Assembly (NCBI GenBank): GCA_028868875.1
Contig: JAGWTS010000001.1
Span: 1 to 60,882, forward strand
DNA: 60,882 nucleotides
Origin: Burkholderiales bacterium
Lineage (GTDB): Bacteria; Pseudomonadota; Gammaproteobacteria; Burkholderiales; Burkholderiaceae_C
Direction of reading: 5' to 3'
The notes beneath the pieces are model-generated. The model was not told where the DNA came from. It ran no database searches and saw only the letters and a program-made list of their open reading frames with translations. Of the stretch, positions 43,118 to 56,745 are shown in pieces (position 1 is the stretch's first letter; every line of letters starts with the position of its first letter). A program made the translations under genes and the position numbers.

Positions 43118-43951
43118 TCAAAGCGGCGGCAGCGCGCCCAGCGCCTCGAAGCGGCCGGGCTCCTTGGCCTTCCAGGCCGCAATCGCCCGCTCCATCTCGC
43201 CGAGGTCGAAGATCGCGCTTTGCAGCAGCGTCATCTGGTCCAGGGCCTCGGCGGTCGGGTGGTCGACCGCGTAGTTCAGCGCCATCTTGCTGCCGGCGAT
43301 CGCCAGCGGCGACTTCGCGGCAATGGCCGCGGCAAGCTTCAGCGCATGCGCGCGCGTGGCCTCGGCGTCGGCGAGCACGGCGTTGACCAGGCCCACGGCG
43401 AGCGCGCGCTCGGCGCCGAGGCGCTCGCCGGTGTAGGCCATCTCGCGCGCGATGCCGGGCGCGACGATCTTCGGCAGTCTTTGCAGGATGCCCAGGTCGG
43501 CGGCCATGCCGATGTGGATCTCCTGCAGCGTGAAGAAGGCGTCGGCCGAACAGACCCTGATGTCGCAGGCCGCCGCGAGGTCGAGTGCGCCGCCGATGCA
43601 GCCGCCCTGGACCGCGGCGATGACGGGGAATCGCGCCTCTTCGAGCGCATCGAAGCAGCGCATGAGCCGGCGCAGCCCATCCTGGAACGCGAGGCGCGAG
43701 CGCGCGCTCGAGGTGTCGAGCATCGCCATCCCGCCGGCGAAGACCTCCAGCGCCATGCCGGCGCTGAAATGGCGGCCGGTCGAGGCGATCACGAGGCAGC
43801 GCACCTGGCCTTGCGCGTTCATGGCCTGGACCGCATCGCGCAACGCCGGGAAGAACGGCGGCGCCATCGTGTTCAGGCGCTCGGGCCGGTTCAGTTCGAG
43901 CAGGGCGACGCCGTCGGCGCCGGTCTCGATGCGGAAGTAGTCGGTGTTCAT
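43118..43951 (-). CDS. Enoyl-CoA hydratase/dienoyl-CoA isomerase-like crotonase
   Basis: LNRPERLN, HFSAGM, GGCIGGALDL, IGMAADLGILQRLP. Confidence 0.92.
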   Translation of the reverse strand: MNTDYFRIETGADGVALLELNRPERLNTMAPPFFPALRDAVQAMNAQGQVRCLVIASTGRHFSAGMALEVFAGGMAMLDTSSARSRLAFQDGLRRLMRCFDALEEARFPVIAAVQGGCIGGALDLAAACDIRVCSADAFFTLQEIHIGMAADLGILQRLPKIVAPGIAREMAYTGERLGAERALAVGLVNAVLADAEATRAHALKLAAAIAAKSPLAIAGSKMALNYAVDHPTAEALDQMTLLQSAIFDLGEMERAIAAWKAKEPGRFEALGALPPL

Positions 43952-43996
43952 CGGGAGAGCTTAGCGCCATCCACGGCGCCGATCCACAATCGGCCG

Positions 43997-44853
43997 ATGG
44001 ACAGCCTGCGTGCCGGCGACGGCACCGATCTTCACCTGCGGCGCTGGCCCGCGAGCGGCGCGGCGCGCGGCGACGTGCTCCTCGTGCACGGCCTGGGCGA
44101 GCACAGCGGGCGCTACGGCGCGCTGGCCGCGGCGCTCAACGCCGCGGGCTGGCACGTCACCGGCTTCGACCAGCGCGGCCATGGCGCGAGCGCGGGTGCG
44201 CGCGGCGTGATTCCAGCGCCCGAGGCGCTGCTCGCCGACCTCGCCCTCGTGATCGACGCCGTGCGCGGCCCCGGGCCGCTGGTGCTGCTCGGCCACAGCA
44301 TGGGCGGGCTCGTCGGCGCGCGCTTCGCGGCCGAAGCCCTGGCGCCGGCGCCCGCGCCCTGGTCGCGCCCGCTCGACGGCCTGGTGCTGTCCTCGCCCGC
44401 GCTCGACCCGGGCATGAACGCGGCGCAGAAGGCCTTGCTCGCCCTGCTCGGGCGCCTGGCGCCGAACCTGGCCGTCAACAACGGCCTGAAGCCGGAGTGG
44501 ATCAGCCGCGACCCCGCGGTCGTTGCCGACTACGTCGCCGACCCGCTGGTGCACAACCGCATCGCGGCACGCCTGGTGCGCTTCATCGTCGACGGCGGCG
44601 CCTGCGCACGCGCGCTCGCGCCGCGCTGGCGCGTGCCGACGCTGCTGCTGTGGGCCGGGGCCGACCGCTGCGTCGCTCCCGCCGCCAGCGCCGCCTTCGC
44701 CGCCGCGGCGCCGCCAGGGGTCGTCACGGCCCAGGCCTGCCCCGGCCTGTTCCACGAAATCTTCAACGAACCCGAGAAGGCCGGGCCGCTGGCGCGGCTC
44801 ATGGGCTGGCTTGCCCGCTTCTCCGATCCCACCGTCCCCGAGGAGACCCCCCG

Positions 44854-44857
<4 letters not shown>
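43997..44857 (+). CDS. Alpha/beta hydrolase (lysophospholipase-like)
   Basis: VHGLGEHSGRY, DQRGHGAS, GHSMGG, ISRDP, FHEIFNE. Confidence 0.92.
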
Positions 44858-46290
<1,433 letters not shown>

Positions 46291-46370
46291 GTCTCGAGCA
46301 AATGGGGCTTCGCCACCTTGCTTGAACCCCATGGGCCACGAAGGGGCTCCAAGTGGTCCTGGGGGCGCTC
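46291..46370. repeat. Structured intergenic repeat, family B copy 2
   Basis: cccatgggccacgaaggggctccaagtggtcctgggggcgctc matches 4129-4160 plus 4188-4199; between convergent genes. Confidence 0.6.
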
Positions 46371-47442
46371 AGAAGGTGAAGCCGACCTCGACCTTGGTGC
46401 CCGACAAGGGTTCGAGCAGGCCCAGCAGCGGCGCCAGCGGCCGGTAGCGCATTGCCACCTTGGTGGCGTAGGCGAGGAAGCGCGGCAGGTCCTCGGCATA
46501 GCGCGGCTTGGCGTCGCGGTGCTTGAGGCGGCAGAAGATGCCCATCACCTTCAGGTGCCGCTGCAGCCCCATCCATTCGAGAGCGCGCCAGGTCTCGCCG
46601 AAGTCGCTGCCCCAGGGCTCGCCCAGCGCGACGCCGGCACGGCGCGCCTGCTCCCACCAGCGCACCGCCCAGTCGATCTCGCGTTCCTCGTCCCAGGACA
46701 GGAAGGCGTCGCGCAGCAGGCAGGCGATGTCGTAGGTGAGCGGGCCGCGCACCGCATCCTGGAAGTCGAGGATGCCGGGGTTCGCACCCTCGCACACCAT
46801 CAGATTGCGCGGCATCCAGTCGCGGTGCACGGCGACCGTCGGCTGGGCCAGGGCGCTGGCCACGAGCAGCGCGCAGATGCGCTCCCAGGCGGCGCGCTCG
46901 TCGGCGTTCCAGCGCAGGCCGAATTCGCGCTCGACGCACCAGTCCGGAAAGAGCGCCAGCTCGCGCTGGAGCAGGGCGGCGTCGAAGGGCGGCAGGCTCG
47001 CCGCCGGCACGCGCGCCTGGAACTGCACCAGGGCCTTGATCGCGTCGCGCATCAGCGCGTCGGCGCGCGCCGCGTCGGCCTCGCGCAGGGCGTCGAGATA
47101 CAGCGTGCGGCCGAGGTCGGCGAGCAGCAGAAAGCCCTGGTCGGCATCGGCTTCGAGCACCGCCGGCGCGTTCAGCCCGGCCTCTGCGATGAGCCCGGCG
47201 ATGTGGACGAAGGGCCGCACGTCTTCCTGCGGCGGCGGCGCGTCCATCACGATGAAGCTGCTGCCGCCCGCGCCGGCGATGCGCAGGTAGCGCCGGAAGC
47301 TGGCGTCGGCCGAGGCCGGCTCGAGGCTGGCGCGGTCGAGCCCGCGGCGCGCGGCGATGCCGTCCAGCCAATGATTGAAGGCCTGCTCGCGGGCCGCGTC
47401 GGGCCAGGCGATCGCGGCGGGAATAGCTGATTCGACCCTCAT
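46369..47442 (-). CDS. amgK: Anomeric MurNAc/GlcNAc kinase (APH family)
   Basis: ASADASFRRYLR, MDAPP, HRDWMPRNLM, LDFQDA, LQRHLKVMGIFCRL; divergent from lptD. Confidence 0.9.
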   Translation of the reverse strand: MRVESAIPAAIAWPDAAREQAFNHWLDGIAARRGLDRASLEPASADASFRRYLRIAGAGGSSFIVMDAPPPQEDVRPFVHIAGLIAEAGLNAPAVLEADADQGFLLLADLGRTLYLDALREADAARADALMRDAIKALVQFQARVPAASLPPFDAALLQRELALFPDWCVEREFGLRWNADERAAWERICALLVASALAQPTVAVHRDWMPRNLMVCEGANPGILDFQDAVRGPLTYDIACLLRDAFLSWDEEREIDWAVRWWEQARRAGVALGEPWGSDFGETWRALEWMGLQRHLKVMGIFCRLKHRDAKPRYAEDLPRFLAYATKVAMRYRPLAPLLGLLEPLSGTKVEVGFTF

Positions 47443-47460
47443 GGATAATCGATTCTACAA

Positions 47461-49851
47461 ATGCCAATCAAACCGCTGGCCCTGGCGGCGGGACTGTTGT
47501 CGGGCGGTGTCGCTGCGTGGGCCCAAATCGCTCCCGCCGCTCCTGCTGCAACCGGCGCAGCGCCCGCCGAAGCCCTGGAGCCGAGCCTCGCGCTGCAGCC
47601 GGCGCCGAGCGGCGAGGCCGCCAAGAAGTTGCCGATCATCCTGCGCGCGCGCGAATTGCGCGCCCGGCCCGACCTCGAGGCGATCGCCGAAGGCGATGTC
47701 GACTTCCGCATCGGCGGCACCCGGATCGACGCCGACCGCCTGAGCTACGACCAGTCCGACGACCTCGCGGTGGCGCGCGGCGGCGTGCGCATCACCCGCC
47801 CCGGCGCGGTCTACAGCGGCCCCGAGGTGCAATTGCACGTCCAGCGCTTCGAGGGCTTCTTCCTCCAGCCCGACTACGAGTTCACGCAACTCGGCGCCGG
47901 CGGCCACGCCGACCGCATCGACTTCATCGACAGCGCGCGCTCGGTCGCGACCAACGCCAGCTACACGAGCTGCCCGCGCGACGGCTCGGGCGACCCGGCC
48001 TGGATCCTCCAGACCCAGCGCCTGAAGCTCGACCTCGACACCGACGAAGGCATCGCCGAAGGCGCCGTGCTGCGCTTTCTCGGCAAGCCCATCCTGGCCC
48101 TGCCCGAGGTCTCGTTCCCGCTTTCCGATGCCCGCCGTTCGGGCTGGCTGCCGCCGACGGTCGTTCCGGTGGACAGCCGCAGCGGCCTCACCGTGTCAAT
48201 GCCCTACTACTGGAACATCGCGCCGAACCGCGACCTCACGGTCGAGCCGCGCCTGAGCCTGCGCCGCGGCTTCGCCGCCGATACCGAGTTCCGCTACCTC
48301 GAGCCGGGCTATTCGGGCCGGCTCGACCTCAACCTGCTGCCCAACGACCGGGTCGCGGGTCGCGCGCGCGGCGCGCTGCGCTGGCAGCAGGACGCCAGGC
48401 TGCCGCAAGGGCTGCGCTTCTCGGCCAACGTCGCGCGCGTGTCCGACGACGGCTGGTGGCAGGATTTCCCCGACGCCGGCCGCAGCCCGACGCCGCGCCT
48501 GCTGTCGCAGCGGGTCGCGCTCGAGCGGCCTATCGGCCTCGCTGGCGGCGAAGGCCTGGTCTACGCGCGCGAGCAGCGCTGGCAGGCGTTGCAGGGCAGC
48601 GACCAGCTCGTCACCCCGCCCTACCAGCGCAGTCCGCAGCTCGGCGTGCAGCTGCACGGACGCCTGGCGCAGGGGTTCCGGTACCGCTTCGAGACCGAGC
48701 TCAACCACTTCACCCTGCCCGACGCGAACCCCGACCCCAGCCTGCCCACCGGTTACCGGGTGCACGCCCTGGGCTCGCTGAGCCGGCCCCTGCACGAGCC
48801 GGGTTGGTGGGCCGTGCCCAAGGTCTCGTTCAACGGCGCCAGCTACCGCGTCGACGAACCCGGCTCGACGTTCCGGCGCAATGTCTCGCGCCTCATCCCC
48901 ACGTTCAGCGTCGACGGCGGGCTCCAGTTCGAGCGCAAGGCCCATGTGTTCGGCCGCGACCTGCGCCAGACCCTGGAGCCGCGCGTCATGTTCGTCGAGA
49001 CGCCCTACGTCAACCAGACCGGGCTGCCCGACTTCGACGCCGCGGCCAAGGATTTCGATCTCAGCTCGATCTATTCCGAGAACAGCTTCTCGGGGATCGA
49101 CCGGGTTTCGGATGCGCGCCAGATCACGGCCGGCGTGACGAGCCGCTTCATCGACGAGAAGACCGGTGCCGAGGCGATGCGCCTGGGCGTGGCCCAGCGC
49201 TACCTGCTGCGCCAACAGCTCACCGCGCCCAAGTCCGACGGCACGCCCGACGGGCCGCCGCTGCAGCGCCATTTCTCGGACCTGCTGCTGTTCGGCTCGA
49301 GCACGATGCAGCCACGCTGGACCCTGGACGGCTCGCTCGAATACAGCCCCGACCTCTCGCGCCCGGTGCGAACGGTGGCGGGGCTGCGCTACAGCCCGGG
49401 GCCGTTTCGCACGCTGAGCCTGACCTACCGGCTCGCGCGCGGCCTCAACGAGCAGGTCGAGCTCGGCTGGCAATGGCCGCTGCGCTTCACCTTGCCCGAC
49501 ACGCGCGGCCCAGCGGCGACGGTGGGCGAAGCGTTGCGGCGCCACAGCGGCGGCTCCAGTTGCAGCGGCACCTGGTACGCCGTCGGCCATGTGAACTACA
49601 GCATGTTCGACAGCCGGATGACGGATTCGCTGATCGGCGCCGAATACGATGCCGGCTGCTGGATCGGCCGCGTCGTCGCCGAGCGCGTGTCCACCGGCAC
49701 CAGCACCGCCACCACCCGGCTCATGCTCCAGCTCGAATTGGTCGGCTTATCCCGGCTGGGTTCGAACCCGCTCCAGGTCTTGAAGGACAATATCCCCGGC
49801 TACCGCCTCCTACGCGAAAGCCGCAGCGCACCGACCCTGAGCGACGAATGA
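47461..49851 (+). CDS. lptD: LPS-assembly protein LptD
   Basis: Signal peptide, YTSCP, RRSGWL, PYYWNIAPN, QTLEPR, FSGIDR, EYDAGCW, C-terminal LELVGL. Confidence 0.95.
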   Translation: MPIKPLALAAGLLSGGVAAWAQIAPAAPAATGAAPAEALEPSLALQPAPSGEAAKKLPIILRARELRARPDLEAIAEGDVDFRIGGTRIDADRLSYDQSDDLAVARGGVRITRPGAVYSGPEVQLHVQRFEGFFLQPDYEFTQLGAGGHADRIDFIDSARSVATNASYTSCPRDGSGDPAWILQTQRLKLDLDTDEGIAEGAVLRFLGKPILALPEVSFPLSDARRSGWLPPTVVPVDSRSGLTVSMPYYWNIAPNRDLTVEPRLSLRRGFAADTEFRYLEPGYSGRLDLNLLPNDRVAGRARGALRWQQDARLPQGLRFSANVARVSDDGWWQDFPDAGRSPTPRLLSQRVALERPIGLAGGEGLVYAREQRWQALQGSDQLVTPPYQRSPQLGVQLHGRLAQGFRYRFETELNHFTLPDANPDPSLPTGYRVHALGSLSRPLHEPGWWAVPKVSFNGASYRVDEPGSTFRRNVSRLIPTFSVDGGLQFERKAHVFGRDLRQTLEPRVMFVETPYVNQTGLPDFDAAAKDFDLSSIYSENSFSGIDRVSDARQITAGVTSRFIDEKTGAEAMRLGVAQRYLLRQQLTAPKSDGTPDGPPLQRHFSDLLLFGSSTMQPRWTLDGSLEYSPDLSRPVRTVAGLRYSPGPFRTLSLTYRLARGLNEQVELGWQWPLRFTLPDTRGPAATVGEALRRHSGGSSCSGTWYAVGHVNYSMFDSRMTDSLIGAEYDAGCWIGRVVAERVSTGTSTATTRLMLQLELVGLSRLGSNPLQVLKDNIPGYRLLRESRSAPTLSDE

Positions 49852-51158
49852 GATTCCCGAGCCTTTTGCGGCGCAGCCTTGCGCTGGTCCTTCTGTGGTC
49901 GGCCGCCTGCGGCGCCGCCGTGGCCGCGCCGATGCAGAACGGCGACTACATCGCCGCGATCGTCAACTCCGAACTCGTCACCGCGGGCGAGGTCGAGCAG
50001 CGGGTCGAGCACGCGCGCGCCGAGGCGGCGCGCAGCGGCGCCAAGCTGCCGCCCGACGCGGTGCTGCGCAAGGAGGCGCTCGACCAGCTCATCGAGGAGC
50101 GCGTCATCGTCACCCACGCCCGCGAAAGCGGCGTGCGCATCGAGGAACCCGAACTCGACCGCGCGGTGCAGAACGTGGCACAGCAGAACCAGCTCACGCT
50201 GGACCAGTTGCGCAGCCGGCTGCGCCAGGACGGCATCGACTACGCGCGCTTCCGCTCCGACCTGCGCGACCAGCTGCTCATCGAGCGCGTGCGCGAGCGC
50301 GAGGTCAACGACCGCATCGTCGTGAGCGAGCAGGAAATCGACAAGTACATCGCCGAGCAGCGCCAGGCCGCCCAGTCCGACCCGGTGCTCGACATCGCCC
50401 AGATCCTGGTCACGGTGCCCGAAGGGGCGGACGCCGCCACCGTGCAGGCGCGCCGCGCGCGGGCCCAGCAGGCGCTCGACCGCGTCCTCGACGGCGCCGA
50501 TTTCGCCACCGTGGCGCGCGAAGTCTCGGAAGACGGCAACCGCGCCAACGGTGGCGACATCGGCCCGAAGCCCGCCTCGCGCCTGCCCGACCTCTTCGTG
50601 AGCGGGGTCGCCGGGCTCGCGAACGGCCAGATCCGCCCGACCCTGGTGCGCAGTGGCGCCGGTTTTCACGTCCTGAAGCTGGTCCGGCGCCAGGACGGCC
50701 AGGCCATGCGCGTGACCCAGACCCGGGTGCGCCACATCCTGATCCGGACCTCGCCTGAACTGCCCGTCGACGTGGCGGAACGCCGGCTCAGCCAGTACCG
50801 CAGCGAGATCGAGAGCGGCCAGCGCAGCTTCGAGAGCGTGGCGCGCGCGGTCTCCGAAGACGGGTCGGCGGCGGCCGGAGGCGACCTGGGCTGGACCTCG
50901 CCCGGGATGATGGTGCCCGAGTTCGAACAGGCGATGGACGCGCTCGAGCCGGGCCAGATCTCGCAGCCGGTGGTCACGCGCTTCGGCGTTCACCTGATCC
51001 AGGTCGTCGAGCGGCGCGAAGTCACCCTCGACATGAAGCAGGTGCGAGCCCAGGCGCGCAACGTGCTGCGCGAGCAGAAGTTCGCGAAGGCCTACGACGA
51101 ATGGGCGCGCGACCTGAGGGCGCGCGCCTACGTCGAACTGCGCGACCCGCCGCAGTGA
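49848..51158 (+). CDS. surA: Periplasmic chaperone/PPIase SurA
   Basis: IAAIVNSE, two parvulin domains (GFHVLKL; [19 protein letters not shown]); after lptD. Confidence 0.95.
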   Translation: MRFPSLLRRSLALVLLWSAACGAAVAAPMQNGDYIAAIVNSELVTAGEVEQRVEHARAEAARSGAKLPPDAVLRKEALDQLIEERVIVTHARESGVRIEEPELDRAVQNVAQQNQLTLDQLRSRLRQDGIDYARFRSDLRDQLLIERVREREVNDRIVVSEQEIDKYIAEQRQAAQSDPVLDIAQILVTVPEGADAATVQARRARAQQALDRVLDGADFATVAREVSEDGNRANGGDIGPKPASRLPDLFVSGVAGLANGQIRPTLVRSGAGFHVLKLVRRQDGQAMRVTQTRVRHILIRTSPELPVDVAERRLSQYRSEIESGQRSFESVARAVSEDGSAAAGGDLGWTSPGMMVPEFEQAMDALEPGQISQPVVTRFGVHLIQVVERREVTLDMKQVRAQARNVLREQKFAKAYDEWARDLRARAYVELRDPPQ

Positions 51159-51934
51159 GCGGGCATCAGGCGCGCAAGCGTTTCGGCCAGCATTTCCTGA
51201 GCGACGAATCGGTGCTCGCGGCGATCATCGCCGCGATCGACCCGCGTCCGGGCGACGCCCTGGTCGAGATCGGCCCCGGCCTGGGTGCGCTTACGCATCC
51301 GCTGCTCGAATGCGTCGACCGGCTCACCGTGATCGAGCTCGACCGCGACCTCGCGGCGCGCCTGAGGCGCAACCCGCGCCTGGACGTGATCGAGGCCGAC
51401 GTGCTGACGGTCGATTTCGAGGCCCTGGCCACGGCGGCCGGGCGGCCGCTGCGCGTCGTCGGCAACCTGCCCTACAACATCTCGACGCCGATCCTGTTCC
51501 ACCTGCTCGGCGCGGCCGGGCGCATTGCCGACCAGCATTTCATGCTGCAGAAGGAAGTCGTCGAACGCATGGCTGCCGGGCCCGGCAGCAAGAACTACGG
51601 CCGCCTCTCGGTGATGCTGCAGTGGCGCTACGACATCGAGAGCGTGCTCGACGTGCCGCCCGAAGCCTTCGACCCCCCGCCGCGCGTCGATTCGGCCGTG
51701 GTGCGCATGCAGCCGCTCCCGGCGCCGCCCGAAGTCGATGCCGCGCTGCTCTCGGAACTGGTGCTGGTGGCCTTCTCGCAGCGCCGCAAGCTGCTGCGCC
51801 ACACCCTGGGCCGCTGGCTCGCCGAGCGCGCCCTCGCCCCCGGATTCGACCTTCAGCGCCGCGCCGAAGAGGTGCCGGTCGCGGAGTACCTGGCGCTGGC
51901 CGCGCAGGCGACCGAAAAAGCCGCTCGCGCCTGA
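51155..51934 (+). CDS. rsmA: 16S rRNA m6(2)A dimethyltransferase
   Basis: [44 protein letters not shown]. Confidence 0.96.
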   Translation: MSGHQARKRFGQHFLSDESVLAAIIAAIDPRPGDALVEIGPGLGALTHPLLECVDRLTVIELDRDLAARLRRNPRLDVIEADVLTVDFEALATAAGRPLRVVGNLPYNISTPILFHLLGAAGRIADQHFMLQKEVVERMAAGPGSKNYGRLSVMLQWRYDIESVLDVPPEAFDPPPRVDSAVVRMQPLPAPPEVDAALLSELVLVAFSQRRKLLRHTLGRWLAERALAPGFDLQRRAEEVPVAEYLALAAQATEKAARA

Positions 51935-52100
51935 GCGACGCTCCTCAAGCGAACGCCGCGGATCCGGCTTTGCCGGTCCGCTGGCGTTGCCCCCCCGGGT
52001 GGGCTGCGGCCGGACACAGGGGCGCGGCAGCGGCCCTGTGCCTGCCGCAGGCTTGGCCGCCTGCAAGCGGCCAAGCGCGCCGAAGGCGCTTCGGGGGGGA
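51935..52100. repeat. Structured intergenic repeat, family A copy 2
   Basis: gcggccggac...gcttggccgc-ctgcaa-gcggccaagc...gcgccgaaggcgct.cggggggga is homologous to 76-185, with compensatory stem changes. Confidence 0.7.
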
Positions 52101-52105
52101 TCCTG

Positions 52106-52303
52106 TCATGCGGCGTTGAGCCAGGCGGCCGTATCGAATGCGCTGCACATCATCGGCATGTTCATGCCGAAATTGGGGTTCACGCCGTTCTTCGGCACGA
52201 CCTTGGCGGCCGGCTTCGCCGCACCACCGTTCTGGGCCACTTCCGTAGCCCGCTCCCATGACCCGTTTTCCTGGGAGCGGGCTACTGAAAAGAATAGAAA
52301 CAC
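52106..52303 (-). CDS. Small ORF in the -1 frame overlapping the barstar 3' end, ending AAWLNAA (possible frameshift extension)
   Basis: Open 65 codons, mostly G/C third positions downstream of the hairpin; no SD before GTG 52303. Confidence 0.55.
   Translation of the reverse strand: MFLFFSVARSQENGSWERATEVAQNGGAAKPAAKVVPKNGVNPNFGMNMPMMCSAFDTAAWLNAA
52234..52285 (-). other. Predicted mRNA hairpin/H-type pseudoknot at the barstar stop codon
   Basis: 14-bp stem GUAGCCCGCUCCCA/UGGGAGCGGGCUAC; loop GGGUCA complementary to downstream UGGCCC; no U-tail on either strand. Confidence 0.6.
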
Positions 52304-52677
52304 CTGAACGGTATTCGTCGCTCCGCCCAGAAGTCGGCGGCGTCGCGGAAAACGTCCAGCAATTGCTCGCGCGCCTCGCGGTCGAAACGCGGGTTGTCGG
52401 GCAGTTGTTCGAGCACGACCACGAAGCCCGGCTGCGGGCCGGCCTTGTGGACGAGATCGGTCATGCAGTCGTAGAGCGCATCCAGGTTCTTGCCGAAATG
52501 CGGCGGGAACAGGAACGCCGCGGCGATCGCCTCGAGCACGTCCTGCTTGGACTGCGCCTGCGTCAGGCTGGCGTACAGGAAGTGCTGCCCGGCGCTCGCG
52601 GCGGCCTCCATCAAATCGTCGACGCGGTACGCTCGTATCGCCTGGACGATGTTCGGTCGGACGGTCTGCAACTCCAT
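52282..52677 (-). CDS. Barstar family RNase inhibitor
   Basis: FPPHFGKNLDALYDCMTD; AAGGAGG SD upstream of ATG 52677; follows the RNase gene. Confidence 0.92.
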   Translation of the reverse strand: MELQTVRPNIVQAIRAYRVDDLMEAAASAGQHFLYASLTQAQSKQDVLEAIAAAFLFPPHFGKNLDALYDCMTDLVHKAGPQPGFVVVLEQLPDNPRFDREAREQLLDVFRDAADFWAERRIPFRCFYSFQ

Positions 52678-52739
52678 GGTCGCCTGCCTCCTTGTTCGAT
52701 CAACGATGAAATGGGTGTCGCCGCTGCCAGTGCCTGCAT

Positions 52740-53153
52740 TCATGGAACGATCCGGCTGAAGCTCGAATAATGGTCGGCGGTGTAATAACAAATGTCGGGC
52801 TGGGTCGGTGGCACGCCCCCGCAGACGATGCGCCGCGCTCCGCGGTTCGGGGCGCCCGGAGTCCGCACCGTGTACTCGTGGTAGAAACCGCGAGACCGGC
52901 GCGGCAGCAGGCGCTCGCGATTGCCGAACACGACGCCGTCCTGTTGGTAGCGGAACGGCCCGCCGTTCAAGATGCGCTGGTAGGTCTGCTGCGCTGCGGG
53001 TGGGAGTTCGGAAAGAGCCACCGGATCCGTTGCGCCGCGGGCCTGAACCCCTGTTCCGGCTACCAAGCCCGAGGCCAGCGCGAGCGCCAGCCCCGACTTG
53101 TGAACCGCCTGCCGGAGCTTGCTGCCCTCCGCGGCCAGACCGAACCAGAACAC
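52740..53153 (-). CDS. Secreted guanyl-specific ribonuclease (barnase/RNase Sa family)
   Basis: Signal-like N-terminus, GGPFRY..DGVVFGNRERLLP, YHEYTV, RGARRIV, YYTADHY. Start uncertain. Confidence 0.92.
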   Translation of the reverse strand: MFWFGLAAEGSKLRQAVHKSGLALALASGLVAGTGVQARGATDPVALSELPPAAQQTYQRILNGGPFRYQQDGVVFGNRERLLPRRSRGFYHEYTVRTPGAPNRGARRIVCGGVPPTQPDICYYTADHYSSFSRIVP

Positions 53154-53298
53154 GGGTTAACCCTGAAAAATCAAACCCGAATGGTACCGGAACCCCCCCG
53201 AAAACTCAAGCCGCTGCCTAAATTTCAGGCAGTTCGACTCGGAAATCAGTGGGTGCTCACATTGTCTTTGGGAAGATCAGGGCGTTTTCGCGCGCGCT

Positions 53299-55623
<2,325 letters not shown>

Positions 55624-55715
55624 GGTCTCCTGGAGTGTTCCGCCGGCACTGCCGCGGTGGGGCCGGAATTCTACGGTGCGGTCCGGGCCTGGCTGCTGCG
55701 AGAATGCGCGCCGAC

Positions 55716-56672
55716 ATGATCGGCGAATTCGAACTCATCGAGAAGTACTTCAACCGTCCGGCGCGGCGCGCCGCGCTCGGCGTCGGCGACGACTGCGCGC
55801 TCATCGAACCCGACCCCGGGATGCAGCTCGCGATCTCCTGCGACATGCTGGTCGAAGGCCGCCATTTCCTCTCGACCGTGGCGCCGCAGCGGCTGGGCCA
55901 CAAGGCGCTGGCGGTGAACCTGTCGGACCTCGCGGCCTGCGGCGCCGAGCCGCTGGCCTTCACGCTGGCGCTGGCGCTGCCGCGCGCGGACGAAGCCTTT
56001 CTCGCGCCTTTTGCGCAGGGGCTGTTCGCGCTCGCCGAACGCCACGGCTGCGAGCTCGTCGGCGGCGACACGACGGCCGGGCCGCTCAACCTCGCGATCA
56101 CGGTATTCGGCCAGTTGCCCGCGGGCCAGGCCCTGCTGCGCAGCGGCGCGCGCCCCGGGCACGACATCTGGGTCAGCGGCCGGCTCGGCGACGCGCGCCT
56201 CGCGCTCGAGGTGTTCCGCGGCCGCGTCAGCCTGCCGGGTGACGAATTCGAACAGGTGCGCCGGGCCATGGAATGCCCCGAGCCCCGCGTCGCCCTGGGG
56301 CTGGCCTTGCGCGGCCTGGCAACGAGCGCGATCGACCTCAGCGACGGGCTCGTCGGCGACCTCGGCCAGGTGATGCGGCGCTCGGGCGTGGGCGCCACGA
56401 TCGAGGTCGACGCCCTGCCGCGCAGCGACATCCTCGCGGCCCAGGGGCCCCTGCTGCAGCGCGAATGCCTCCTCGCCGGCGGCGACGACTACGAGCTGCT
56501 GTTCACCGCCCCGCGCTCGCGCCGCGAAGCCGTGCTGGAAGCGGCCGCCGCGGCGAACACCGAGGTCAGCCGCTGCGGCACGATCGACGCGGGCGAGGCG
56601 CTGCGCGTCGTCGACGCGCGCGGCGCCGTGGTCGCGATGCCCTGGCAGGGCTACGACCACTTCCGCTCATGA
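55716..56672 (+). CDS. thiL: Thiamine-monophosphate kinase
   Basis: GEFELI, GVGDDCA, VNLSDLAACGA, LVGGDT, IDLSDGL, GGDDYELLFT. Confidence 0.96.
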   Translation: MIGEFELIEKYFNRPARRAALGVGDDCALIEPDPGMQLAISCDMLVEGRHFLSTVAPQRLGHKALAVNLSDLAACGAEPLAFTLALALPRADEAFLAPFAQGLFALAERHGCELVGGDTTAGPLNLAITVFGQLPAGQALLRSGARPGHDIWVSGRLGDARLALEVFRGRVSLPGDEFEQVRRAMECPEPRVALGLALRGLATSAIDLSDGLVGDLGQVMRRSGVGATIEVDALPRSDILAAQGPLLQRECLLAGGDDYELLFTAPRSRREAVLEAAAAANTEVSRCGTIDAGEALRVVDARGAVVAMPWQGYDHFRS

Positions 56673-56745
56673 GCCGGCGCGGCGGCGACCCGGCTTCGCA
56701 CCGGCGCCAACGCCGCGTGGCGGGCGCGGGCGCCAGGGGAGGCCG

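Noticed and set aside
52180-52284. In-frame UAG readthrough of barstar
   Set aside because: The 0-frame continuation is short, Arg/Pro-rich and poorly coded compared with the -1 frame.
52245-52285. Rho-independent terminator after barstar
   Set aside because: No U-tract follows the stem on either strand and the stem includes the stop codon; treated as a recoding or coupling structure instead.
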